Shown here: positions 1-9,286 of the stretch, piece after piece
Layout: every line of letters starts with the position of its first letter
Position numbering within the stretch: the first letter of the stretch is position 1
Origin: a virus
Reading direction: 5' to 3' (one strand)
Length of the DNA: 48,550 nt
Virus record (IMG/VR): IMGVR_UViG_3300033174_000005
Program-made: the position numbers and the translations under genes
The notes under the pieces: generated by a model
Seen by the model: only the letters and a program-made list of their open reading frames with translations
What the model was told of the DNA's origin: nothing
Database searches by the model: none

Positions 1-173
1 TCTTCAAGATTTTTTAAAAATTGTTTTCTTAAAGAAGAACTTTTACTCCCATATTCTTTTCCAAACATCCAGTCACTCCTCCTTATCACCAAAACATATT
101 TTTTCTTCTTCTGCTAACTTTTTCCCAAACGATATTTTGGGAAACAAATCTTTGTGTGTGAAAGGATCTTCTT

Positions 174-392
174 TTACCATTTCTCTAGTTCATCAAGAAA
201 TTTTTGGGCATTCATAGTTTTGAAGTGACCTCTACGATATTCACGATATGCTTTTTCAGTTCTTACGGCGAATTCAAGATCATCAAGATTTTCATCAGTT
301 AAGTCATCAACTATCACGTCATGCTTTTTATCTTCCAGTATGACTTCATTGATTTTTTTCTTTTTTTTCTCCAATTTTACCATGTTAAACAT
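174..392 (-). CDS. Putative type II antitoxin-like protein in the left flank (start probably at 392 or 383, not 488)
   Basis: Acidic C-terminus AVRTEKAYREYRRGHFKTMNAQKFLDELEKW resembles archaeal RelB-like antitoxins; AGGAG upstream; stop overlaps a downstream ATG (AAATGGTAA). Confidence 0.45.
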   Translation of the reverse strand: MFNMVKLEKKKKKINEVILEDKKHDVIVDDLTDENLDDLEFAVRTEKAYREYRRGHFKTMNAQKFLDELEKW

Positions 393-730
393 CCTGCCAA
401 TCTCCTTTCCATGTGTGAAAAAATTTAAACTTATTCTAAACTGCGTAAATATTATAATTCCGTTGTCCATGTAGTTTAGTGAAAACACTAAAAATTAAAA
501 AAGCGTTAATTACTGTTCAACTGATCATTTTAGATAAGTTTATAATAATTATAAATTATTATAAAGAAGTGAGTATATAAATTTTTTGTCATGATCTTTC
601 ATTTTAAATACTAATTTTGATAAAATAATTATTATAATATATATTAATTTAACAAGGATCTAAATTTATATTGGTAACAATATAATCGTGTTTAAAATTA
701 ATTAAAATAATATAAATTAATAAATTAGTA

Positions 731-757
731 ACAAATCATACTTAACTTAACAGAATC
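731..757 (+). repeat. Left arm of a 27-bp inverted repeat (partner 48281..48307)
   Basis: ACAAATCATACTTAACTTAACAGAATC; the reverse complement of 48281..48307 matches 26/27 and the inner 23 bp are perfect. Confidence 0.95.
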
Positions 758-766
758 AAAATGCTC
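758..766 (+). repeat. Left 9-bp direct repeat AAAATGCTC (attL core or target-site duplication)
   Basis: Identical copy at 48272..48280; each copy abuts one arm of the inverted repeat. Confidence 0.85.
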
Positions 767-811
767 CAGCAATGCTTAAATCACTAAAAATAAAAATCAA
801 TTCCCTTTTTC

Positions 812-1150
812 TTAGTCAGAATATGGTGTGGCTGTAAGATAATGATTCCCTATAAAATCCTCAAGGTCACCATTACACGAAGTACTATTTTTCTCATAAA
901 TTTTAACCATGTGCTCATCCAACTTTTCTAGTTCAAAATGATTGTATCGTTCAACCCATCTTTTTAGGTTGCGACAAGCATGAAAAACCTTTAATTGCAC
1001 ATCACGATTGTTACTATGCCTTATCTGTGGTCGTACCCAAACAATAAGAGCCTCATCCCTCTTACAAAATTGGCTTTCAAGCTCCAATGGAAAAATATTA
1101 TTAATTTTTTCAGCAAGCCATAAAAGTGATTGATATTTAGTCATATCCAT
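812..1150 (-). CDS. Hypothetical protein, last viral gene before the left junction
   Basis: 112-aa ORF co-oriented with the operon; no integrase motifs. Confidence 0.6.
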   Translation of the reverse strand: MDMTKYQSLLWLAEKINNIFPLELESQFCKRDEALIVWVRPQIRHSNNRDVQLKVFHACRNLKRWVERYNHFELEKLDEHMVKIYEKNSTSCNGDLEDFIGNHYLTATPYSD

Positions 1151-1330
1151 CTTTTAATCCTTTATTTTAATCTGGTCAGGGTGGAGTAATTCATTTAACA
1201 TTTCCAATGTTTTATCATCCCTTACTGGGATGTGATAACAGTCAAATCCGGGGCGGTGGGATACGAGTAATCTTTTATTTTTAAGGTCTACGTGGACTAT
1301 GTTCACAGTGTCTTGAGGGCGTTCTTTCAA

Positions 1331-1912
1331 TTATTTCCTCTCCCAAACAGTTCCAAACTCATCCATAACAATGAAAGGTTTTTTAACCCCGCCATTATAA
1401 TATTCAGACGCTTCCAATGCTTTAAATAGTTTTTCCTCTGGGTTTATATCCTCATTGAATAATACATGTAAAGCGCCGAAAGCATAATCACTTCCCCTGC
1501 CTATTGCAAGGTGGTCGTCAAGTGCGTCTATTACTCCAAAGTCATTTTGTAAGCCAAATAATTTTCCATTGAATCCGAATAAAAAATCTGCTCCCATCAT
1601 TTCTTGATCATTTTTGGTTTTGATTGATCCGTTCATTTTTAGGGTTTTTTGGATTTCTGGAACTAATAATCCACACATGTATTGTTCGGGGGTTAAATCA
1701 TGGTTTTTTGGGTTTGGTATTTCTGCACTGTATAATACAATTTGTGATGCTCTGAATTGTCCTGAAAAACCTATAAGTAATCCGTTCCTTCGGTTTACTT
1801 TGTCTTGGGCTATTATTGTGATGTTATGTTCTTTATCTATTCCGGCACTGTCTCCTCCTATATAAACAACGCCATTTTCCACTATTCCTACTATACATGT
1901 AATAAATATCAT
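1331..1912 (-). CDS. HslV/proteasome beta-like Ntn hydrolase
   Basis: TCIVG...GGDS N-terminus, K33-equivalent in QDKV, IGFSG, and AIGRGS(DYAFGAL) glycine motif. Confidence 0.8.
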   Translation of the reverse strand: MIFITCIVGIVENGVVYIGGDSAGIDKEHNITIIAQDKVNRRNGLLIGFSGQFRASQIVLYSAEIPNPKNHDLTPEQYMCGLLVPEIQKTLKMNGSIKTKNDQEMMGADFLFGFNGKLFGLQNDFGVIDALDDHLAIGRGSDYAFGALHVLFNEDINPEEKLFKALEASEYYNGGVKKPFIVMDEFGTVWERK

Positions 1913-2040
1913 GCCTCATCTATCAATCCATTCAACAAAATCTGATCTAAAATTAGAAGCCTCACCATCAAAAACAGGGATACCCTTCACCGTAGCCACA
2001 CTTACCTCATGTTTAGTTCCCTTACTACTCCCCCATCCAT

Positions 2041-2934
2041 TCACACTATTTTTCGTTCATTCTCCCATACAAATTCCACTTCATAAAAACCATCCGGATG
2101 GATATGTAATATGGGAAACCCGGCAGGTTCTGGGGGGTAAGCATCACGCTGACCATACCCTCCAAAGTAATCAAGAAAATGACCAGTAATCAGTCGCTTC
2201 TTATATATTTTAGGTTGGGTAGTCATCTGCATAGTCTCCGGATTGATAACTACTTCATGTTTAATATCATCAAAAAAGTAGAGATCATCAAATTCTAGTT
2301 TATGTTTATGTCCTATGCAAACTATATCCGCTAAACTATACTGTTCTTTTTCTCGGAGCATCTTCCGCCTCGTCCCCGTGTTTGTACCGGTTGTTCTACG
2401 CTTCCCGTGATTAATATAGAGTGTTAAACGGTATTTATTATTAATATCAATCACTATATACGCACTAATATCAATATAGGGAACATCAAGAATTTCTGCT
2501 ATGTCACGTGTGCGGCTAGTTCCTTCTGTTTTACGGCTTCGTTCTCCATCATGGTTTCCGCATGTTAAAGCCCATATTTTACCCTTTTCTGCAAGGGGGC
2601 GGTGTTTCTGTTTTATGTATTCTAATTGTTTTTTATTATTCCATACTTGTTCGTGCATGGCACTTTCTGGGCTGTCCTTGTTATTGAACTCCCCTATATC
2701 TCCCATCTCTATCATCCCAGTATTATTCCGGGATTCTATCTCTTCTAATATGTTTTCATGGAAGTTTTGGAGATATAATGGGTTGCCAGGGTGGCTGTCG
2801 CCTTTAAGGTATAAATGGTAGGGATGTTTTATATGTAATTGTCTATAAAAAACGTTGTTATCATTGAATGTTGTTGGGGTAATAGTGTATTCTGGCATAT
2901 CAGGGGTGATATGGGATATTCTATATTTAGTCAA
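2041..2934 (-). CDS. Calcineurin-like metallophosphoesterase
   Basis: Motifs GDSH, GDIGE, GNHD, NHG and GHKH. Confidence 0.85.
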   Translation of the reverse strand: MTKYRISHITPDMPEYTITPTTFNDNNVFYRQLHIKHPYHLYLKGDSHPGNPLYLQNFHENILEEIESRNNTGMIEMGDIGEFNNKDSPESAMHEQVWNNKKQLEYIKQKHRPLAEKGKIWALTCGNHDGERSRKTEGTSRTRDIAEILDVPYIDISAYIVIDINNKYRLTLYINHGKRRTTGTNTGTRRKMLREKEQYSLADIVCIGHKHKLEFDDLYFFDDIKHEVVINPETMQMTTQPKIYKKRLITGHFLDYFGGYGQRDAYPPEPAGFPILHIHPDGFYEVEFVWENERKIV

Positions 2935-2986
2935 ATTAGGTACACTACTCCATTAGTTATAAAAAAAGAATGATAGTAATAATAAT

Positions 2987-3241
2987 TTAATGTAATGATC
3001 GATTTAATTCGTTCAAGTAACTTCCATAACTCTGATTAGTAATAGGATAAATATAATACTGAAAACCAAAAGGATAACTAATCTTTTCACCCATAACATA
3101 ATGCTCAGGACCGGTTAATACTAAACCACAATTTCCACACACAATTTCACAACGTTTTTTGTCATCATGAAAGTTATCTGCACCGGATTGACATTCGGGG
3201 CATTGTTTTGGGGTTACTCTAATTATTGTCATAATATACAA
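2987..3241 (-). CDS. Stand-alone TFB/TFIIB-type zinc-ribbon protein
   Basis: CPECQS...D.KRCEIVCGNCGLVL matches the TFIIB ribbon pattern; no cyclin repeats follow. Confidence 0.75.
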   Translation of the reverse strand: MYIMTIIRVTPKQCPECQSGADNFHDDKKRCEIVCGNCGLVLTGPEHYVMGEKISYPFGFQYYIYPITNQSYGSYLNELNRSLH

Positions 3242-3390
3242 AAATCCTTCTTTGTTTTTCCTAAATTATACAGGGTATGAAAATCCACATGGCAATTTCA
3301 CACCCCTTTATATTATGTGCGAGAAGTAGGCCCCCTTATAATTAATAATAAATACATTTAAAATAAGAATAAAAAAAGAAAAAAAATGTT

Positions 3391-4248
3391 TTAAGAAAGA
3401 AATGCCGGTTTAGATCCGAGAAGAGTATTTAAATATTCTGGATTTTTCCGGTATTTAACATGGTATTTCCACCGTGCCTTTTCATCTTGTTCTTTTTTAG
3501 CCACCGCTGCACATCCTTCACTACAATATTTAATATATCCATTATAAGGGGTGAATATACTTTTACAGATAGGGCATTGTTTTTCTAATCCACATTCAAA
3601 GTTTTGCTGTGCGAGGCAATTTGTGAAGTATGTTTCCCAATAATCTCTGTTAAAATTGGTTTTAGTGTGGCATGAATTGCATAGTGGTATTAATAGCCAT
3701 GTTCCACTACATCCTTGTCCTTTATCATAGTTTACATGGTGAACGCTTAGTTTTTTGTTATTGTTTTTTGTTTCTGGTTTTCCGCATAGATAACATTTTC
3801 TTTTGAAGTGGTTTCTTACCCTTTCTTTAACATATTCTGTAAATTTAGGGCAGTATGGTAAATTTTTAACCCCCCCTTTCCAGTTCCAGTGTTTTGAACC
3901 GCTTCTGCTTTTAGACATTTTCTTTTTTACTTCTTCTGATCTTTTTTGTCCTATTCTTTTGGTCAAACCACTTTTGCGTTCACATTCCAGACTACAATAT
4001 TTACCTTCTCCTGATCTTACTAATGATTCTAATACTTCAAATTTGTTTCCGCACCAATGACATTTTTGGGTTACTATTGATGCTTTCATTCTTTTTTTGT
4101 TGTGTATTTCTGGGAAGTATCTACTTCTTAATCCACAGTTAGGGCACCAGAACCATTTTTCTTCTCTTTTCCCTATAACTATGGTTTTTTCTTTTATTAT
4201 TTGTAATGTTCCTCCACATTTTTTGCATTTTATTGTTATTGGTCTCAC
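3391..4248 (-). CDS. HNH endonuclease with NUMOD3-like motif and zinc fingers
   Basis: RSEEVKKKMSKSRSG..HWNWKGG; CYLCG...VHHVNYDK...LCNSCHTKTN. Confidence 0.85.
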   Translation of the reverse strand: MRPITIKCKKCGGTLQIIKEKTIVIGKREEKWFWCPNCGLRSRYFPEIHNKKRMKASIVTQKCHWCGNKFEVLESLVRSGEGKYCSLECERKSGLTKRIGQKRSEEVKKKMSKSRSGSKHWNWKGGVKNLPYCPKFTEYVKERVRNHFKRKCYLCGKPETKNNNKKLSVHHVNYDKGQGCSGTWLLIPLCNSCHTKTNFNRDYWETYFTNCLAQQNFECGLEKQCPICKSIFTPYNGYIKYCSEGCAAVAKKEQDEKARWKYHVKYRKNPEYLNTLLGSKPAFLS

Positions 4249-4425
4249 CCCGAATTGTTTTTATACTATGAATTACAAAAGAGTATTTTGTGGGTATGGT
4301 GCATTAAAAGAATAAACAAAAGGACTACTTTTCATGGGTGTATATAAAAAAAAAGGGGTTTGTTTTGTGTTCCAACTCCAATGAAATACAATCTTTTTCC
4401 CTCTTTTTTTTCCACTTTTTTGTTT

Positions 4426-4453
4426 TCCTTTCTTCTTTTTTATGGTCTCACCC
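4426..4453 (+). repeat. 28-bp direct repeat, copy 1 (copy 2 at 7566..7593)
   Basis: TCCTTTCTTCTTTTTTATGGTCTCACCC is identical at both positions. Confidence 0.9.
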
Positions 4454-4463
4454 CATAACCCAC

Positions 4464-4790
4464 TCACTTTTTTGCTTTTAATTTGTTTATAACTATTTTT
4501 TTATTTTTTGTTTTAAGTATTGTGTTGACTGCATTGATAACCGGTTTTATGTCTTTGTTGTGGTGAATGAATCCTTCTAAAATTATTCCAAATGCTAAGC
4601 CAATTATACGGCTTCCGGTTTCATTGGATTGTGTTTTAAGTAATATTTCACTGTGTGTGTTTATTTCCTCTGCGAGTAACACGTCATTTATCGGGGTGTT
4701 TTCATTATTTTTTTCAAGCAAATTACTTGAAATTTCATATAATTTTTTTATTCTTAAATCTTCTAAATTTATTAATTCCATTTTATTCAC
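4464..4790 (-). CDS. Hypothetical protein
   Basis: 108 aa, GGAGTGA RBS, overlaps the upstream gene. Confidence 0.65.
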   Translation of the reverse strand: MNKMELINLEDLRIKKLYEISSNLLEKNNENTPINDVLLAEEINTHSEILLKTQSNETGSRIIGLAFGIILEGFIHHNKDIKPVINAVNTILKTKNKKIVINKLKAKK

Positions 4791-5218
4791 TCCTTTTCCT
4801 CTTTTAATACTTCAATATCATCTAAAGTCATCTCCAACAAATCCTCCTCACTAAAACCATTCTCATAAAACACAAAACTTTCAAAAATTTTATCCAAAAC
4901 ATTCCCATCAATCCCCAATTTCTCGCTTTTAAGTTCAACCAACACTTTCCTAAGGTTATTGTTAAATCCTGTTTCAAATAATTGTGTTTTCATATCTATT
5001 ATTTCGTGGTGTAGGTGTTTGCCAAAGGTTAGGTTTTTCCGTATTTTTTCTGCTTCTTTTTGGAGTTTGTCTATTTTTGTATTGTTTTTTTGTTCGTGTT
5101 GTTGTATGTGCCATTGTATTCCGTCACGACATGCTTGGCTTTTGTTTATATTGTATTGGTCTGCTTTTTCTTTGAGGTTTTGGGGTATGTATGCACTTAT
5201 ATGTACTTTTATGGTCAT
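4787..5218 (-). CDS. Ribbon-helix-helix DNA-binding protein with coiled coil
   Basis: N-terminal KVHISAYIPQNLKEKADQYNINKSQACRDGI fits the RHH pattern. Confidence 0.65.
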   Translation of the reverse strand: MTIKVHISAYIPQNLKEKADQYNINKSQACRDGIQWHIQQHEQKNNTKIDKLQKEAEKIRKNLTFGKHLHHEIIDMKTQLFETGFNNNLRKVLVELKSEKLGIDGNVLDKIFESFVFYENGFSEEDLLEMTLDDIEVLKEEKE

Positions 5219-5242
5219 ATATCAAGCCACCTATTTATTGTT

Positions 5243-5479
5243 TTATGTTTTTACGTAGTTTCCAGTGCAACTTTGTTTAAATTCGGAACGAGTATATGAA
5301 TCTACTAAATAGAGTTCATGTAACATTGCAAAAACCCTTAAATCATCTTCATTTTCAAATTTAAACCTTAAACATCCATCATCCATTATACAAATACAGC
5401 AATTTTTTGGGATTAATCCTATCTGTTCTTTTAACACTTTTTGTATTGCGTTTTGTATATGCACAGCCACATTACTCAT
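5243..5479 (-). CDS. Hypothetical protein
   Basis: 78 aa, GAGG RBS, in operon. Confidence 0.6.
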   Translation of the reverse strand: MSNVAVHIQNAIQKVLKEQIGLIPKNCCICIMDDGCLRFKFENEDDLRVFAMLHELYLVDSYTRSEFKQSCTGNYVKT

Positions 5480-5490
5480 AAAATATCCTC

Positions 5491-7545
5491 CTATTTTTTA
5501 TCATTCATCAAATCCTCAGCCCCACGAACCAAACGCCGAGCCTCATCACGACCCACACCAAACACACTCATCACCTCATCCAAAGCACCACCATAATCAC
5601 CAATCACACCATAATCATCAACAAAACCATCCTCCAAAACACGCATAACCTCATTTAACCGATCAAACTCAGACCGACCAGTCATACCACCCAACAAACG
5701 AGCATCCCAACGACCACTAACACGATCCAAACCCACCTCACGCAAACACTCCACCAAAATACCAACAGCACACTCACTATCCTCCCTTGTCACATAATCC
5801 CGCAGATGAGCCTTGGCCACAGCCTCAGCCAACCGTATCAAACCCTCTTCCTGCCGAGGAGTAACCGGAATAGGCACACCATCATCATCCATCGCAGACT
5901 CCCTAAGACTAAGATAAAAATCCTCAATAACCGCCTGACTTTCATCACTATGCAAAGGATTACAATTACGCCGAGCAAAAGCAATATACTTCCGGAACAA
6001 ATCAACATCAACCGGATAATCCACAACACCCTCCCGGTGCTTCTGGAAAATATGATTACTCACACGCTTATTAGTTTCAATATCATTCTTATCCTCAATA
6101 ACAAAAATCAAATCAAAACGAGACAACAAAGTATCTGGAAGATTAATTTGTTCCCTTATACTTTTATAACGATCAAAATTATCACCCTTCGGATTGGCAG
6201 CTGCGAGTATACTGGTACGGGCTGGCAGGTCTGCCTGAATATTAGCCTTGTTAATATTAACTATTTGGCGTTCCATCACATCATGCATGGCATCACGGTC
6301 ATGGTCACCCATCTTATCCATTTCATCAATACAAACAAAACCTTTATCACCCAGGACCACTGTTCCGGCTTCAAGATTCCAGTTTCCTTCCTCATCACGG
6401 ACTGCTGCTGCAGTTAATCCCACTCCACTACTTCCACTTCCACTTGCAAATATACCATTAGGTGCAAAGCTGGACACAAAACGGAGCAACTCTGTCTTCC
6501 CAGTTCCAGGGTCACCTATGAGTAAAATGTGGCTGTTATGTCTGAGAGTTGTATTATCATTTAATGTTTTAGGTGTTCCTCCAAACAGTTGACATACTAT
6601 GGCTTCTTTAATTGTATCATAACCTTTGACACTGGGTGCGATACTGTCTCTGAGCATAATAAATATGTCCGGATGGGTGCTTAGTTCCAATATCTTTTTT
6701 TCATCACTTTCTGTGATTTCCACATCATCAAAGCTTTTAATGAGTGTGTGGATATGGTTGGCTTGTATGTAATAATGATATTTTTTGGTTTTTTTATTGT
6801 GACGTATTAATGGTATTCCTGTGATGTTTATAAGGTCACCGGGTGTTGCAGTGTCAATTAATGTTCCTTCAAGTTGTACGGTCATGCTCCGTGGTTGTTG
6901 TCCTTTAGGAAGATTTTGGTAGCTGTCATAAAGTTTAATGTTTTGTATGTCTTTCATTGTGGATTTTGTGAGGTTTAGTGTCCAGTTTTTGTTTCCACAG
7001 CCCGTGCATGTTCCGGGTTCGATTAATATTTCTGGAGTTGTTTGTGGTATCATGCGGGGTGTTAAACATCCCCTACATTCATAATATGCTGTGGTAATAG
7101 TAGGTGTTCTTTCTCCCACCCTTTTAACAAGTCCTTGTATGTTATAAAGTTTGCCTATAGTTTTGGTGGTGATTTGGCGTAGGTTTTTTAGTGTGTGTCT
7201 TGGTGGTAGGTTTGTGATTTGTATTTGTAGTGTGTGCGGGGTTTTTTTTGTGTGTAGTGTTTGGCAGGTTTTTTGTATTTCTTTTATTGTTTCGATGGGT
7301 TGGTCTGTGAGTGTGTCGGCGAGGTTGATGTTGTGTTGTTCTATTGTGGTGTAATCTATTTTTAGTGTGTTGTTGTCAGGGTATGTGATGTATTTTTTTT
7401 GGATTGTGTGTTTGTGGTGGTCGGTTAGGTATTGTTCGATTTGTGTTTGTGTGGTGCTGGTGTCTTCTGGTAATGTGTGTGGGTTTTTGTGTGTTTGTGG
7501 GTGTGTTATTTTTTGTTTGAGTTTGTTTTTTCTTTTTGTGTCCAC
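5491..7545 (-). CDS. mcm: MCM replicative helicase
   Basis: Zn motif CRGC..CTGC, Walker A GDPGTGKT, Walker B IDEMDKM, AAANP, LLSRFD arginine finger, TPRQ sensor 2. Confidence 0.97.
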   Translation of the reverse strand: MDTKRKNKLKQKITHPQTHKNPHTLPEDTSTTQTQIEQYLTDHHKHTIQKKYITYPDNNTLKIDYTTIEQHNINLADTLTDQPIETIKEIQKTCQTLHTKKTPHTLQIQITNLPPRHTLKNLRQITTKTIGKLYNIQGLVKRVGERTPTITTAYYECRGCLTPRMIPQTTPEILIEPGTCTGCGNKNWTLNLTKSTMKDIQNIKLYDSYQNLPKGQQPRSMTVQLEGTLIDTATPGDLINITGIPLIRHNKKTKKYHYYIQANHIHTLIKSFDDVEITESDEKKILELSTHPDIFIMLRDSIAPSVKGYDTIKEAIVCQLFGGTPKTLNDNTTLRHNSHILLIGDPGTGKTELLRFVSSFAPNGIFASGSGSSGVGLTAAAVRDEEGNWNLEAGTVVLGDKGFVCIDEMDKMGDHDRDAMHDVMERQIVNINKANIQADLPARTSILAAANPKGDNFDRYKSIREQINLPDTLLSRFDLIFVIEDKNDIETNKRVSNHIFQKHREGVVDYPVDVDLFRKYIAFARRNCNPLHSDESQAVIEDFYLSLRESAMDDDGVPIPVTPRQEEGLIRLAEAVAKAHLRDYVTREDSECAVGILVECLREVGLDRVSGRWDARLLGGMTGRSEFDRLNEVMRVLEDGFVDDYGVIGDYGGALDEVMSVFGVGRDEARRLVRGAEDLMNDKK

Positions 7546-7565
7546 TTTTTCATGCTCCCTATGTC

Positions 7566-7593
7566 TCCTTTCTTCTTTTTTATGGTCTCACCC
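7566..7593 (+). repeat. 28-bp direct repeat, copy 2
   Basis: Identical to 4426..4453. Confidence 0.9.
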
Positions 7594-7671
7594 AAATTAT
7601 AATTTAAATAGTAAATTGTATAAAAATTAGATTATTGTTAATATTTTTTATTTATATTATTTTCCATATTT

Positions 7672-8028
7672 TCAGTTAATCATTTCCTTATTTAGGATGT
7701 ATAATTCATCATATATTGTGCATTGAATTTTGGAAATATCATTTATTATTTTTACCATATTTTTTTCAGCTTCCATCATAGCTATAATGGGATGCATTAA
7801 CCGTTCTTCATATAATAATTGTTGCCCCTCGCTCCTTAACCAGTTCAATTCGGGTTGTCTTTGCGAATCAATGAACCATAGTGGTAGTATATTTCCTAAA
7901 ATGTGGTCAATAATGAATTCTAAATCTATTGTTTTTGGCTGTTCTTCATGTGTATAGGGAGCTTCGTAAAAACTCATTGCGTTGGTGTATTTTTCTATAA
8001 ATTCTGTTAATTCCTTCAAATCAATCAT
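7672..8028 (-). CDS. Hypothetical protein
   Basis: 118 aa, GGAGTGA RBS. Confidence 0.65.
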   Translation of the reverse strand: MIDLKELTEFIEKYTNAMSFYEAPYTHEEQPKTIDLEFIIDHILGNILPLWFIDSQRQPELNWLRSEGQQLLYEERLMHPIIAMMEAEKNMVKIINDISKIQCTIYDELYILNKEMIN

Positions 8029-8042
8029 TCACTCCTTTATAT

Positions 8043-8195
8043 TCACCATTTTTCTACATCTGCTTGCCAGGAACGGTTCCATAACTCCACAAAAACCGTA
8101 TACCCACACTGGCAGCGGTACACGGGGTACTTGTTCCGGCCTGATTCTCGGTAGTTCATAACACCTGTGCATTGTGTACATATCACAGAAACCAA
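8043..8195 (-). CDS. Small zinc-finger protein (50 aa, not in ORF track)
   Basis: GGAGTGA then TTG start; MVSVICTQC...YRCQCGYTVFVELWNRSWQADVEKW. Confidence 0.65.
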   Translation of the reverse strand: MVSVICTQCTGVMNYRESGRNKYPVYRCQCGYTVFVELWNRSWQADVEKW

Positions 8196-8232
8196 ATTAA
8201 TCACTCCCTATCCATGTTTATCATTCACTCCA

Positions 8233-8436
8233 TTATTTTAAAGCTTCCCACGCATTATCTAAGTCTTTTTTATCTACTTTTAAAGTCATTAAGCAATCTT
8301 TTTCTTCACAATCATCTTTTTTATAAACATTTAAATACATTCGCCCTGCAAATTCACTTACTATTAATTTAAGTTCTTTATTGTAATCCATACCGTCATA
8401 TAAAGGTATTTCAATTTTTTCAATCATGTTTATCAT
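8233..8436 (-). CDS. Hypothetical protein
   Basis: Repeated GGAGTGAATGATAAACATG leader. Confidence 0.6.
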   Translation of the reverse strand: MINMIEKIEIPLYDGMDYNKELKLIVSEFAGRMYLNVYKKDDCEEKDCLMTLKVDKKDLDNAWEALK

Positions 8437-8897
8437 TCACTCCCTATCCATGTTTTACCATCCCAAACCTTACCATACACAGTTTCCATGACAAAACAAA
8501 GCCAGAGAGTGTTCCAATCCAGAATATAAAACTGGTCTTCATCTGGTAATATGTCATTCAAAGCTGAATTATAGTGTAACCATTTATCATGTAACCAGTC
8601 TCGGAGTCTTAATGTCATATATTCCATATTACAATCCTGGTTTTCCATGTAAATTTTTTGTAGATCTTCTTGACGAGGTAACCACACGACATTTATACAG
8701 TTTATAATTGGGTGGCCTTCTTTTTCTACAATTATCCCACAATTATTTTTTCTTAAAAATTCAAATGAAGAGGGCACTATTCTATTAGCAAATTCCTGCC
8801 AATATGTGACAAAATCCCCTTCTTTGGGTTTCCATTTGTTTTGTATTTCCTTTGCTTCTTTACACATTAAAATATATTTATCATTCATAATTATCAT
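8433..8897 (-). CDS. Conserved-looking phage hypothetical protein
   Basis: Trp-rich motifs WLPRQEDLQ and KVWDGKTW; RBS present. Confidence 0.7.
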   Translation of the reverse strand: MIIMNDKYILMCKEAKEIQNKWKPKEGDFVTYWQEFANRIVPSSFEFLRKNNCGIIVEKEGHPIINCINVVWLPRQEDLQKIYMENQDCNMEYMTLRLRDWLHDKWLHYNSALNDILPDEDQFYILDWNTLWLCFVMETVYGKVWDGKTWIGSE

Positions 8898-8916
8898 TCA
8901 CTCCCTTTAAAATCAT

Positions 8917-9090
8917 CTAAACTTCCCAATACATCAAAGTATATTCTCCTTCATCGTTTTTTTTAAATTTTAATTTTCCTTTATCTGCCTTATCAAACGC
9001 TATTTCCCCTATTTCTTCAACATTTTTTACTTCTACATCTATTTCTGCTTTTTCTGGAACTTTATATATATGTACATGATATTTTTTCAT
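8917..9090 (-). CDS. Small hypothetical protein (57 aa, not in ORF track)
   Basis: MKKYHVHIYKVPEKAEIDVEV...TLMYWEV fills the gap between neighbours; GGGAG RBS. Confidence 0.55.
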   Translation of the reverse strand: MKKYHVHIYKVPEKAEIDVEVKNVEEIGEIAFDKADKGKLKFKKNDEGEYTLMYWEV

Positions 9091-9092
9091 TT

Positions 9093-9275
9093 TTACTTAC
9101 TCCCTTTTTTTACATTTGATCCCCATATAACACCAACAGCAATCGCCCCCCAACCATAAAAGAGATGATATACATTATTACCATCCGATTCCAAAATCCA
9201 TGCTATCAATAAAAGTATAACTGATATAGCTAATACTAAAAACCTTTCTTTTAAATCTAAATACATGTTTATCAT
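9093..9275 (-). CDS. Small membrane protein (2 TM)
   Basis: Two hydrophobic segments; repeated leader. Confidence 0.6.
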   Translation of the reverse strand: MINMYLDLKERFLVLAISVILLLIAWILESDGNNVYHLFYGWGAIAVGVIWGSNVKKGSK

Positions 9276-9286
9276 TCACTCCCTTT

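Noticed and set aside
5806-7630. Plus-strand ORFs antisense to MCM (5806..6417, 6248..6592, 7151..7354, 7367..7630)
   Set aside because: Shadow ORFs favoured by the A/C or G/T skew, which depletes stop codons; low-complexity translations without RBS.
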